This document shows positions 1-7,949 of a stretch of DNA of 64,000 bases, in pieces (position 1 is the stretch's first letter; every line of letters begins with the position of its first letter). The notes beneath the pieces were generated by a model. That model ran no database searches. It saw only the letters and a program-made list of their open reading frames with translations, and was not told where the DNA came from. The stretch lies in NCBI GenBank assembly GCA_964347865.1, contig CAYGAC010000044.1:105206-169205 (forward strand), given 5' to 3'. The DNA is from an uncultured Thermoplasmatales archaeon. Its GTDB lineage: Archaea; Thermoplasmatota; E2; DHVEG-1. A program made the position numbers and the translations under genes.

Positions 1-1
1 A

Positions 2-274
2 ACAATAAAAGATTTTTTTAAGGATGAAGGGGAGCTATTGGTGGGAATGAAAGAAGCTCTTAGTGGAAAAGATTTTTCACAAGATATAGATTTTACAGAA
101 AAAGGTAGAGAGTTATACTTTAAAATCAAGATAATTCCTACAACGTTTGAAGATGGGAGATGTGGTGCAACTATTATTTTGAAGAATAATACAGACAGAA
201 AAATTGTTGAAATTGCTCTTCATGAAAGCGAAAAAAATTTTCAAAATCTTCTTAAAAAAATGAAGAAAAAGTAA
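2..274 (+). CDS. C-terminal fragment of a PAS-domain-like sensor protein (5' end lies outside the window)
   Basis: The reading frame is open from the window edge, ahead of the listed Met at 38. The sequence resembles the C-terminal beta-strands of a PAS fold. Stop at 272-274. Confidence 0.3.
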   Translation, partial: TIKDFFKDEGELLVGMKEALSGKDFSQDIDFTEKGRELYFKIKIIPTTFEDGRCGATIILKNNTDRKIVEIALHESEKNFQNLLKKMKKK

Positions 275-275
275 A

Positions 276-563
276 TTATAAGTTAGAGTTGGTTAATAAA
301 AAAATAGTTAAATTAATCATAAACGCTGTTAGTACAATCAGTGTTAGAATAGCATTTGTTTTTAGATCAAAAATATTGATCCATTCTAGTATAGCTATTA
401 TAACATATGCAAGGACAAGCATTACTATAAACAGTAATATAATAATTCCTATTGCATCTAAAATAATGGGATAATTTTTTACAAATTCATATAATAAAAT
501 CCAAACACTCGCAAAGAATGCCAGTAGCCCAACTGTTATTTGTGCTTTTGTTCTCTCCTGCAT
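276..563 (-). CDS. small hypothetical membrane protein (2-3 TM)
   Basis: 95-aa ORF that is strongly hydrophobic. The overlapping plus-strand ORF 289..474 is low-complexity and probably spurious. Confidence 0.3.
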   Translation of the reverse strand: MQERTKAQITVGLLAFFASVWILLYEFVKNYPIILDAIGIIILLFIVMLVLAYVIIAILEWINIFDLKTNAILTLIVLTAFMINLTIFLLTNSNL

Positions 564-636
564 AGTTTTTGGCAGTAGTTTTTTCTTTATAAAACTTTTT
601 AAAGGTAGTTAAATCTTAAATTAAAACAAGACATTA

Positions 637-1341
637 TTATAAACTTATTTTAATTGCTAATTTAACTGCCGAAATCATTGTTTCCAAATCCATACCATCA
701 GGATGCTGGGAAGATAAAAATGGAACGTGTATAAATCCTGCTTTTGTTGGTATTTTATTTTCTTTTATATAATCTAATGTACCATATAATACGGCGTTAC
801 AAACATAAAAACCCGCATGAAAACTTTGACGGGATGGGATTTCTACTTTTTTCAGTTCTAAAACTATCCTTTTTGTATGAAGTGGCGATATACGTATAAG
901 AGGACCACAAGGATTTAATCTTTTAGGTATGGGGAAACTATTATTATTTCGATACAACCATCTTAGATTTATTCCACATTTTTCTACATCGATTTTATGT
1001 GTAACTGGAGATAAACCTAAACTTATTACAAGTAATGGATTGTAATCAGTAATAGCTTGTATAACACATTCAATCGATGTGGTAAAATTTACCGGTAAAA
1101 CTATTCCAATAATTTCTGCACCTTCAATATTTTGTCCATTTAGTGTTTCGACAATCAACTGAGAAGGATTAATCTTATATCCATTAAAAGGTTCAAAACC
1201 TGTGATTAAAACAATTGGTATGCAGGAAACGAATTCATTATCGGTTTGTAAATCTAAAAAAGTAATATCATAGGCTATAGAGGATGAAATTGTAAGAAAA
1301 ATTGATACCAAGATAATTAAATTTTTAATTAACTTCATCAA
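637..1341 (-). CDS. pcp: pyroglutamyl-peptidase I (pyrrolidone-carboxylate peptidase)-like protein with an N-terminal signal peptide
   Basis: LITGFEPF motif near the N-terminus of the mature protein (PCP: VLVTGFEPF). Catalytic Cys context GFYVCNAVLY (PCP: GTFVCNHxxY). A hydrophobic N-terminal signal (MMKLIKNLIILVSIFLTISSSIA) precedes both. Confidence 0.55.
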   Translation of the reverse strand: MMKLIKNLIILVSIFLTISSSIAYDITFLDLQTDNEFVSCIPIVLITGFEPFNGYKINPSQLIVETLNGQNIEGAEIIGIVLPVNFTTSIECVIQAITDYNPLLVISLGLSPVTHKIDVEKCGINLRWLYRNNNSFPIPKRLNPCGPLIRISPLHTKRIVLELKKVEIPSRQSFHAGFYVCNAVLYGTLDYIKENKIPTKAGFIHVPFLSSQHPDGMDLETMISAVKLAIKISL

Positions 1342-1378
1342 TGTTTTTATATGCTTTAATAGTATAAAACTATTATTC

Positions 1379-1876
1379 TTAATACATATTAAATGTGACA
1401 GATATCCAAATTCCTACATAATGTGTAATAATTATTACTAATAATGCAATAACAAGATGTTCAAGAATTGCTTTCCAAGGTTTTGCTTTTCTTAATTTTG
1501 CAGTAGTGTAACTAAAAATCGTAATAAGAGAAAGACCCCAGATTAAGCTTATAATTATCGCTGTATTTAGCGGGAGTAATAAAATAGGGATAATAAATGA
1601 TATTGAAAAAATAAATTTTGATAAAAAAGTAGACGCTGTTGATTCCCATATCTCTTTATTATCATGTTTACATTCAGATTCTTCACTAATATGAATACCT
1701 ATTGAATCAGAAAATGCATCTGCTATTGCTATTGTAATTATTCCACCAATAATTGCAATCCTTGAGTTTGTTCCAGAATATAAACCTACAATAAGGCCAA
1801 GTGTTGTGATTATTCCTGAAGTAAGGCCAAAACTGAATCCTGTTTTTATAGAATGTCTCATAAAACAGATTAACAA
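1379..1876 (-). CDS. VIT1/CCC1-family (vacuolar iron transporter-like) membrane protein
   Basis: TM segments of the form GFSFGLTSGIITTLGLIVGL and IIGGIITIAIADAFSDSIG are typical of the VIT family. 165 aa. Confidence 0.45.
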   Translation of the reverse strand: MLICFMRHSIKTGFSFGLTSGIITTLGLIVGLYSGTNSRIAIIGGIITIAIADAFSDSIGIHISEESECKHDNKEIWESTASTFLSKFIFSISFIIPILLLPLNTAIIISLIWGLSLITIFSYTTAKLRKAKPWKAILEHLVIALLVIIITHYVGIWISVTFNMY

Positions 1877-2046
1877 AATTAAATTAAAAAAGCTTTGTTA
1901 ATAATTATATATAAAATTGAAAAGCAATTTTAATTTTTTTATTCTATTAGACAAAAGATTAACCAAGCTTATTAAATAATTAGATTATTAACGATTCGTA
2001 AATTTAGAAGGGAAAATACCAAAAAAATAGGATTGGCTGGAAAAAC

Positions 2047-3501
2047 TTGAATGAAGATAATGAAAAAAAAGATAAAGAATACAAATTAATTATAGGAAAG
2101 GTACCTACTCTTACAAAAAGAAATGTATTTTTTATTTTATTAGCATTTTTTTTGCTTGCATTACTTTATTTAATTCCTACTCCAGAAGGATTATCAAATA
2201 ATGGTAAGATTATGATTGGTATTTTATTTATGGGAGGGGTTTTGTGGGTTACTGAGCCAATTCCATTAGCTGTTACTGGTTTGTTAATAATAATCATTCA
2301 ACCTATATTAGGTGTTATTCCTGCAAAGGATGTTTTTTCATCATTTGGGAACCAAGCTGTTTTTTTCTTGATAGGTGCATTTATATTAGCTGGTGCAATA
2401 GAAAAACATGGGTTGCATAAAAGAATTGCATTGAGATTACTCAGTTATTTTGAAAAAAATCCAAAAATTTTTACTTTTGGAGTAATGGCATCCTGTGCAT
2501 TTTTATCTTTTATAATGCCTGAACATGGAGTAGCTGCTCTATTTTTACCTATTGTGGCATCAATTTTAATAGCCATGAAAATTACCCCAAGAAAAAGTAA
2601 TTTTGGAAAAATATGCATGTTATCCATTGCATATGGCTGTTCCATTGGTAGTTTGGGTACGCTTGTGGGTGGTGCTAGGAATCCATTGACAATTGGAGTG
2701 CTATCTGATTTAAATCCTCCAATAATAGTGACCTTTTTCGATTGGATGACCTATTCAATGCCTGTAGTTTTTTTTTCCTTACCCTTAGTTTGGCTTGTTC
2801 TCCAAATATCGTTCCCTATAGAAATAAAAAACATTACGACTGCAAAAAAGGAGATTAATAATCAAGTGAGCATGGCTGGAAAAATGAGCAATAATGAAAT
2901 AATTGTATCTTTAATTTTAATTTTAACAATTTTTCTATGGACTTTCTTTTCATCACCAGAGTATTTTGGACTAGCGGTTATTTCAATATTAGGAAGTATT
3001 TTATTGTTTCTTACAGGAAGTATTACATGGAAAGATGTTGAAAAAAGAGTTCCTTGGGGAATAATATTGCTATATGGAGGAGCAATAACACTTGGTGTTG
3101 GTATGCAAGAAACAGGGGCTGGTGCTTGGATGGTACATCGTATATTTGATGTAACAGGTGGAAATATGTTTTTAATAATTTTAGGATTAATTATTTTTAC
3201 AATTTTATTGACAAACATTATGTCAAATGTAGGAGCAGTAGCAATACTACTACCCATAGGACTTGCCGTAGCAACTGAAATTCCAGGATTAAGTCCTCTG
3301 CTCGCTTCATTAATAATTGCTCTAAGTGGGGGATTAGCATTTATGTTTATTATTGCTACACCAGGTAATGCAATTACCTATTCTTCTGGGTATTTTTCAA
3401 GCAGAGATTTGCTTAGAGCAGGAGTTGTCGCAAATATTATTTGTATTGGAATTATATTTTTAATAGCAATTTTTTATTGGAAGGGTGTATTAGGAATATG
3501 A
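2047..3501 (+). CDS. anion permease of the ArsB/NhaD superfamily (CitMHS / DASS-like)
   Basis: 484-aa polytopic membrane protein with two internal repeats. Re-entrant-loop-like motifs GGARNPLTIG and ATPGNAITYSSG. A tandem Usp gene follows, which is common for such transporters. Confidence 0.5.
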   Translation: MNEDNEKKDKEYKLIIGKVPTLTKRNVFFILLAFFLLALLYLIPTPEGLSNNGKIMIGILFMGGVLWVTEPIPLAVTGLLIIIIQPILGVIPAKDVFSSFGNQAVFFLIGAFILAGAIEKHGLHKRIALRLLSYFEKNPKIFTFGVMASCAFLSFIMPEHGVAALFLPIVASILIAMKITPRKSNFGKICMLSIAYGCSIGSLGTLVGGARNPLTIGVLSDLNPPIIVTFFDWMTYSMPVVFFSLPLVWLVLQISFPIEIKNITTAKKEINNQVSMAGKMSNNEIIVSLILILTIFLWTFFSSPEYFGLAVISILGSILLFLTGSITWKDVEKRVPWGIILLYGGAITLGVGMQETGAGAWMVHRIFDVTGGNMFLIILGLIIFTILLTNIMSNVGAVAILLPIGLAVATEIPGLSPLLASLIIALSGGLAFMFIIATPGNAITYSSGYFSSRDLLRAGVVANIICIGIIFLIAIFYWKGVLGI

Positions 3502-3543
3502 TAAGTACAATTAATTTTAGGAGAAGGGGGATGATTAATTACT

Positions 3544-4401
3544 ATGTTTAAAAATATTTTAATTCCAATCTCTTCGGAATTTTATCAGAAAGAAATATTT
3601 CAGATAGGAGCTTTTATTGCTGAAAAATTTGATAGCACGATAACATTACTATATATTATTGAAGAAAAAACCTTAAATCAAACAGATAAACTTACAGATG
3701 TTTATAGAACTACACATGAAATAGAAGAAACAAAGGAAGATATTATTAGAAAATATATAGAATCAGCAGATAAGATTGTTTTTCATGATGCGAATCTTTT
3801 TTTCAAGAGTAAGAATATTGCATTTAAAGAAGAAATAATTGAAGGGGAATTTAGTACAGTTATAAAAGGGCAGTTGAATAAAAATCAATACGATTTAATT
3901 CTAACTGGTTTTGAAAAAGAATGTTTGTTAAATTACCGATTATTGGATGAAGTAAATATTCCCGTATGGATAGAAGCGGGCCATAGAGATAAGTCCATAC
4001 TTGCAGTTTGTTCCAATCTCGCACCTAATCAAAAAGTTCCTGATTTTAGTATTAATATTTCTAAAACCTTAGGATGGGATTTAAATTTGTTATATGTAAT
4101 CGATGTTCAAGATAATGTAGTAGTAGATGAGATGGGCAAAAGATCAGGCAAAAAGTCAGAAAAAATATTGATTGAAAAAGGTGAACAATTTATTCAAACC
4201 ATGAAAAAAAAAGGAATAGATGGACAATTAGTACAAGGTAATTTGGAAAAAGAAATTGAAAGTGCTGCTGAAAATCTTGGTGCCAAACTTGTTATAATAG
4301 GGAGAGAACAAAAAAAGAAAAATATGCTAGGTTTTCCGATAAAAAGTGTTAAAAGGAAAATGGCAGAAAGATGTAAATATTCTTTATTATTCATTAATTA
4401 A
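3544..4401 (+). CDS. universal stress protein, tandem UspA domains
   Basis: Two Usp-like halves. An N-terminal Usp start (NILIPISSEFYQKEIFQIGAFIAEKFDSTITLLYIIEE) and a C-terminal half ending in GAKLVIIGREQKK. Confidence 0.55.
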   Translation: MFKNILIPISSEFYQKEIFQIGAFIAEKFDSTITLLYIIEEKTLNQTDKLTDVYRTTHEIEETKEDIIRKYIESADKIVFHDANLFFKSKNIAFKEEIIEGEFSTVIKGQLNKNQYDLILTGFEKECLLNYRLLDEVNIPVWIEAGHRDKSILAVCSNLAPNQKVPDFSINISKTLGWDLNLLYVIDVQDNVVVDEMGKRSGKKSEKILIEKGEQFIQTMKKKGIDGQLVQGNLEKEIESAAENLGAKLVIIGREQKKKNMLGFPIKSVKRKMAERCKYSLLFIN

Positions 4402-4430
4402 TTGTGATATTATAATGTTGTCAGAGGTTA

Positions 4431-5297
4431 TTAGTGTGTTACTGTTGTGGATATAAGTTCTCCTTGAACAATTCCATTTGGCATGGCTATATCCACCTTA
4501 ACGACATTTCCAACCGAAGGAGCATAATAGTATTCAAAGAAATCACCAATTATTGAGGTGATTCTCCATGCATCAAAAGTTCCTGCTTCGACAGTGATAC
4601 TTTCTGTACTCCAGCACCAAAAGGCCAGAGGTGTCCATGAATAATGTGTTTGGAAAGTGATAGGGATATTTATCAGGCCAAATATTCCACCTAACTGTGA
4701 ATTCATTTTAATATCGACTTCTGGTAATGACCAGGTTTTTAATGCATATAATGGGAAATCAAAAATGGGTAATTTGGTACTAAAATCACCGTCTATAGAC
4801 CATTTAAAAGGAATTGGTAATGCTATAGGTAAAGGAGAGATTTTTGCCATGGTAATACCTTTAATTTCTCCAAAAACATCCTCAATTTCCAAGTCGGATT
4901 TTGAAAAATGGATAGATCCTTTTAAACGAGTCAATGCAGGATTAAATGTACCCTCAACATCTAATGTCATAGAAGATGAGGAAAGATAAATATCATAATC
5001 TGCAGTAAGTTTACCTGAAAAGTCCACCTTATAACTACTGCCGCTAGTTTCATCAACTGTCAATTTAAAGTCATCAATTTTTCCACCCATAAACATCTTT
5101 TGTCCACCGACATCATAGTCTACATTAAAATTATTTAATGTAAAAGTCCAACTATCTCCAACAACCCAAGTGGGCACATCATCATCAAAAGAAGTTGAAT
5201 TTTTTGAAATTTGATTATCTTTGATAGCATTTACCATTACTGTAAAATTAAATATTATCATCGTACAAAACATTATTACTAAGATTTTATTCTTCAT
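4431..5297 (-). CDS. secreted hypothetical protein (signal peptide, beta-rich)
   Basis: N-terminal signal MKNKILVIMFCTMIIFNFTVMVNA. The remainder is hydrophilic and Ser/Thr/Asp-rich. No recognisable catalytic motif. Confidence 0.4.
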   Translation of the reverse strand: MKNKILVIMFCTMIIFNFTVMVNAIKDNQISKNSTSFDDDVPTWVVGDSWTFTLNNFNVDYDVGGQKMFMGGKIDDFKLTVDETSGSSYKVDFSGKLTADYDIYLSSSSMTLDVEGTFNPALTRLKGSIHFSKSDLEIEDVFGEIKGITMAKISPLPIALPIPFKWSIDGDFSTKLPIFDFPLYALKTWSLPEVDIKMNSQLGGIFGLINIPITFQTHYSWTPLAFWCWSTESITVEAGTFDAWRITSIIGDFFEYYYAPSVGNVVKVDIAMPNGIVQGELISTTVTH

Positions 5298-5423
5298 ATT
5301 TTTCCCCCATGTTATATTAATATAAAAATGTGTATTTAAATTTAACGTATTTATGATTGTATAATATTAAGTGCTATTAATTTTATAAGTCAGAAAATGT
5401 TATCAATTTGCATATGAAAAGAG

Positions 5424-5810
5424 ATGAGAGATATGAATAAATATATAAAAATAGGTTTGTTTGGTTTTTTAGTTTGGCTAATACCATTCTTAGTGTCGTT
5501 TCTAATATTTGGATTTCATGAAGAATATAGATCTTTATTTGAATCGATCATGGCAGTTACTGTAACATTAGTTGTTGTCATTTTTTCATTACTTTATTTT
5601 AAAACAGTTGATAAGGAGTATAGTAAAGAGGGTATAATCATTGGTATTATATGGATAATTATCTGCCTACTAATCGATCTGATAATTATGGTCCTGCTAG
5701 AAAGTCCCATGCAGATTTCAATAGGAGATTATATGATGGATATTGGATTAACATATTTGATTATTCCTATTATTACTATTAGTCTTGGATTGACTTTAGA
5801 AAAAAGATGA
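5424..5810 (+). CDS. hypothetical membrane protein (4 TM)
   Basis: 128-aa ORF with four hydrophobic segments. Confidence 0.4.
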   Translation: MRDMNKYIKIGLFGFLVWLIPFLVSFLIFGFHEEYRSLFESIMAVTVTLVVVIFSLLYFKTVDKEYSKEGIIIGIIWIIICLLIDLIIMVLLESPMQISIGDYMMDIGLTYLIIPIITISLGLTLEKR

Positions 5811-5878
5811 ATATATCTTTATAAAAACATTTATTCCTCCATAAATTTTATATCTATGAATTCCTATAATATAATGAA

Positions 5879-6445
5879 ATGGCTGCCATTAACAGAAAAA
5901 AATACCTTGATAAACAAAGAACTGAATGGAGAAAGAGTCATAGAACTCTAAATGGAAGAATTATAATCTATCCTGATAAACCACCTGAGCATATAAATGC
6001 TCGAGCAAGTAAATTATATAACTGGTTTTGGAAAAATATACTATTAGAAATCAAACCTCAAGAAATTCCGGCAATAATCTCTGGTATCAAAGGTAGAATT
6101 AAGTCTGAAAATGATATTAAAAAGTTTCAATTTTACAGAACAATGATTGGAATGGCAGAAGATGCATATCAATTCAAGACATTAGAAGATATTAAAGATT
6201 ATGACAGAGAATTACAATTAGGAACAAAATTAATATATAATTCTGGAGAAGGGATTATTTTTCGGTGTGGAAATATATACACCACCGACTATAATGAAGA
6301 TGAAAGTAAAATAATTTTACGAGACATCGAAGGAATAATTGTAGATGCTCTTTTTTCAGAAGATAAAAAACAAAAAGAAATAGTCAGAAATAACATTTAC
6401 AAAAAATGGAATTATATTAATAAAACTGGATTCGCCAATAAATAA
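5879..6445 (+). CDS. hypothetical protein
   Basis: 188-aa ORF with a basic N-terminus and no recognisable motif. Confidence 0.35.
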   Translation: MAAINRKKYLDKQRTEWRKSHRTLNGRIIIYPDKPPEHINARASKLYNWFWKNILLEIKPQEIPAIISGIKGRIKSENDIKKFQFYRTMIGMAEDAYQFKTLEDIKDYDRELQLGTKLIYNSGEGIIFRCGNIYTTDYNEDESKIILRDIEGIIVDALFSEDKKQKEIVRNNIYKKWNYINKTGFANK

Positions 6446-6478
6446 TATAATGAGGAGGAGTTTTTTTAGGTACTTTTT

Positions 6479-6913
6479 TTATTGATGTGAATTCTGTTGG
6501 ATAGACTTGGAATTTTCGATTTCTCTAGTTAAAGCAGTTGCGAAATTTGGTATTGCATTTGCAATATCAGTAATAGTCACAATTCCAAATATTTCGTTGT
6601 TTAATATAACTGGTAATTTTTTTATTTTATTTTCCCTCATCACTTCAACTGCTTTTTCTACACTTGTTGAAGCGTGTATTGTTTTAATATTTTTAGACAT
6701 TATGTCTTTAACCTTTGTTATATCTGGATTTTTTCCATCAATAATAACTCGTTCTATAATATCTCTCTCAGTGAGGATTCCTAGAACTAGTCCTTCCTTC
6801 ATTACAACAAGACAACCTACACCCTGTTCTTTATAAATTTTACATGCCTCTAAAACTGATTCTTCACTTTCCACTGTAACAACATTTTTGGACATTACTT
6901 CACTTACTAGCAT
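6479..6913 (-). CDS. CBS-domain pair protein
   Basis: Two CBS repeats (VMSKNVVTVESEESVLEACKIY..GVGCLVV and KDIMSKNIKTIHASTSVEKAVEVM..KKLPVI). Confidence 0.7.
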   Translation of the reverse strand: MLVSEVMSKNVVTVESEESVLEACKIYKEQGVGCLVVMKEGLVLGILTERDIIERVIIDGKNPDITKVKDIMSKNIKTIHASTSVEKAVEVMRENKIKKLPVILNNEIFGIVTITDIANAIPNFATALTREIENSKSIQQNSHQ

Positions 6914-7160
6914 ATAACTATCACTAAATTCAATAAACTGAAATTTATTTATAAATACCTCCTATTTACATTAAATTTAATATTCTTTTATGATATGTTG
7001 AAATAACAAAAAGCATTCACCAAAAAAGAAAAATTAAAGTATTAAATTACAAATGTTGTAAAAAGTAAGAATTAAGTTCAAAGTAATAGAATTTATAAGT
7101 AACATTTAAATCATTTGCGAAAACCTTATATTACCTTTACTTTTTGCTAACTTGGGGGCT

Positions 7161-7243
7161 GTAGAGCTTTAAAGAGAGTTGTTCATTTTTCATTCAATCT
7201 CACTTTACCATCCTTTCCTCCTCTCCTCATAGAAAAGCTCTAC
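7161..7243. repeat. stem-enclosed pyrimidine-core element, copy A (10-bp stem GTAGAGCTTT/AAAGCTCTAC enclosing CATCCTTTCCTCCTCTCC)
   Basis: A perfect inverted repeat at 7161-7170 and 7234-7243. The enclosed loop carries the core shared with copies at 9869-9930 and 51206-51266. Confidence 0.5.
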
Positions 7244-7320
7244 CACTCTAAAAATTTATTATTATTTCGTCTCTTATTAAAATTATAATAATGAGTTTTT
7301 AAAAATTGATATATAATGTA

Positions 7321-7385
7321 AATGGGGAAGAAGGGGGAGGTAAATAGAATGAGTATTCTAAAAAATTTAGTTCTTTCCCCATTCT
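7321..7385. other. hairpin with Shine-Dalgarno-like GGGGGAGG in the loop, followed by a 12-codon ORF
   Basis: Arms AATGGGGAAGAA and TTCTTTCCCCATT (about 11 bp, one mismatch) enclose GGGGGAGGTAAATAGAATG...TAA. Confidence 0.35.
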
Positions 7386-7451
7386 AACTTATTTAGTTTG
7401 ATAGTGCATATAGATTCATTATATAAATTTTTCCATATATATTTTATATAT

Positions 7452-7925
7452 TCAAAACTGAAAATCTTTATTAAAAATTTTATTCAAAATTATTTTTCTA
7501 ACAGTTTTTAGATCTGAATCTAAATAAATTGCTCCAATTAATGCCTCTAACGAATTAGCAAGATTTGTACGATTTTTCGCTCCATTTTGTTTTATTTCAC
7601 CTTTCCCCAGTAATATGAATTTTCCTATACCTAATTTCTTTGCTATATCAGCTAAAAAATTATTATTAACCCCAATAGATCTTCTACGAGTAAGTTCGCC
7701 CTCAGAAAAATATCTATTGCTTTTATATAATTGCTCTGCTACAATAAAATTAAGAATGCTATCCCCTAAAAATTCTAAACGTTCGTTATATTCGAGAGGC
7801 GTTTTTGCTTCAAAAGCATAGGTTTTATGCGTTAATGATTCTTCTAGCAATTTCTTATTTTCAAATTTGTAACCGATTTTTTCTTCAAGAATTTTAAAAT
7901 TATTAACTTTCATAATAAAACACAT
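7452..7925 (-). CDS. rnc: mini-ribonuclease III (RNase III catalytic domain only, no dsRBD)
   Basis: RNase III signature ERLEFLGDSILNFIVAEQLY plus the second acidic cluster (EALIGAIYLDSD). At 157 aa there is no room for a dsRBD. Confidence 0.7.
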   Translation of the reverse strand: MCFIMKVNNFKILEEKIGYKFENKKLLEESLTHKTYAFEAKTPLEYNERLEFLGDSILNFIVAEQLYKSNRYFSEGELTRRRSIGVNNNFLADIAKKLGIGKFILLGKGEIKQNGAKNRTNLANSLEALIGAIYLDSDLKTVRKIILNKIFNKDFQF

Positions 7926-7949
7926 ATATAATAATCCTAAATTAATGTA

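Noticed and set aside
289-474. Short ORFs antisense to, or nested in, longer genes (289..474, 2445..2645, 2862..3257, 4194..4394, 4657..4989, 6507..6836, 7615..7821, 9169..9420, 10191..10373, 11166..11447, 11993..12178, 15536..15867, 16213..16434, 17692..17895, 18506..18779, 20182..20373, 21350..21541, 24236..24980, 25182..25437, 27007..27192, 29453..29740, 30100..30879, 31598..31783, 34966..35166, 35848..36144, 36582..36779, 38818..39263, 39902..40114, 44407..44655, 46788..46979, 47489..47834, 48349..48684, 49027..49281, 50160..50372, 50691..50903, 52090..52284, 52765..53076, 53429..53614, 53976..54196, 55371..56008, 56956..57422, 58104..58337, 59037..59701, 59869..60099, 61051..61323, 63240..63716)
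   Set aside because: Each lies inside, or antisense to, a longer ORF that carries recognisable family motifs. They are AT-rich low-complexity translations typical of shadow ORFs in a roughly 30% GC genome.
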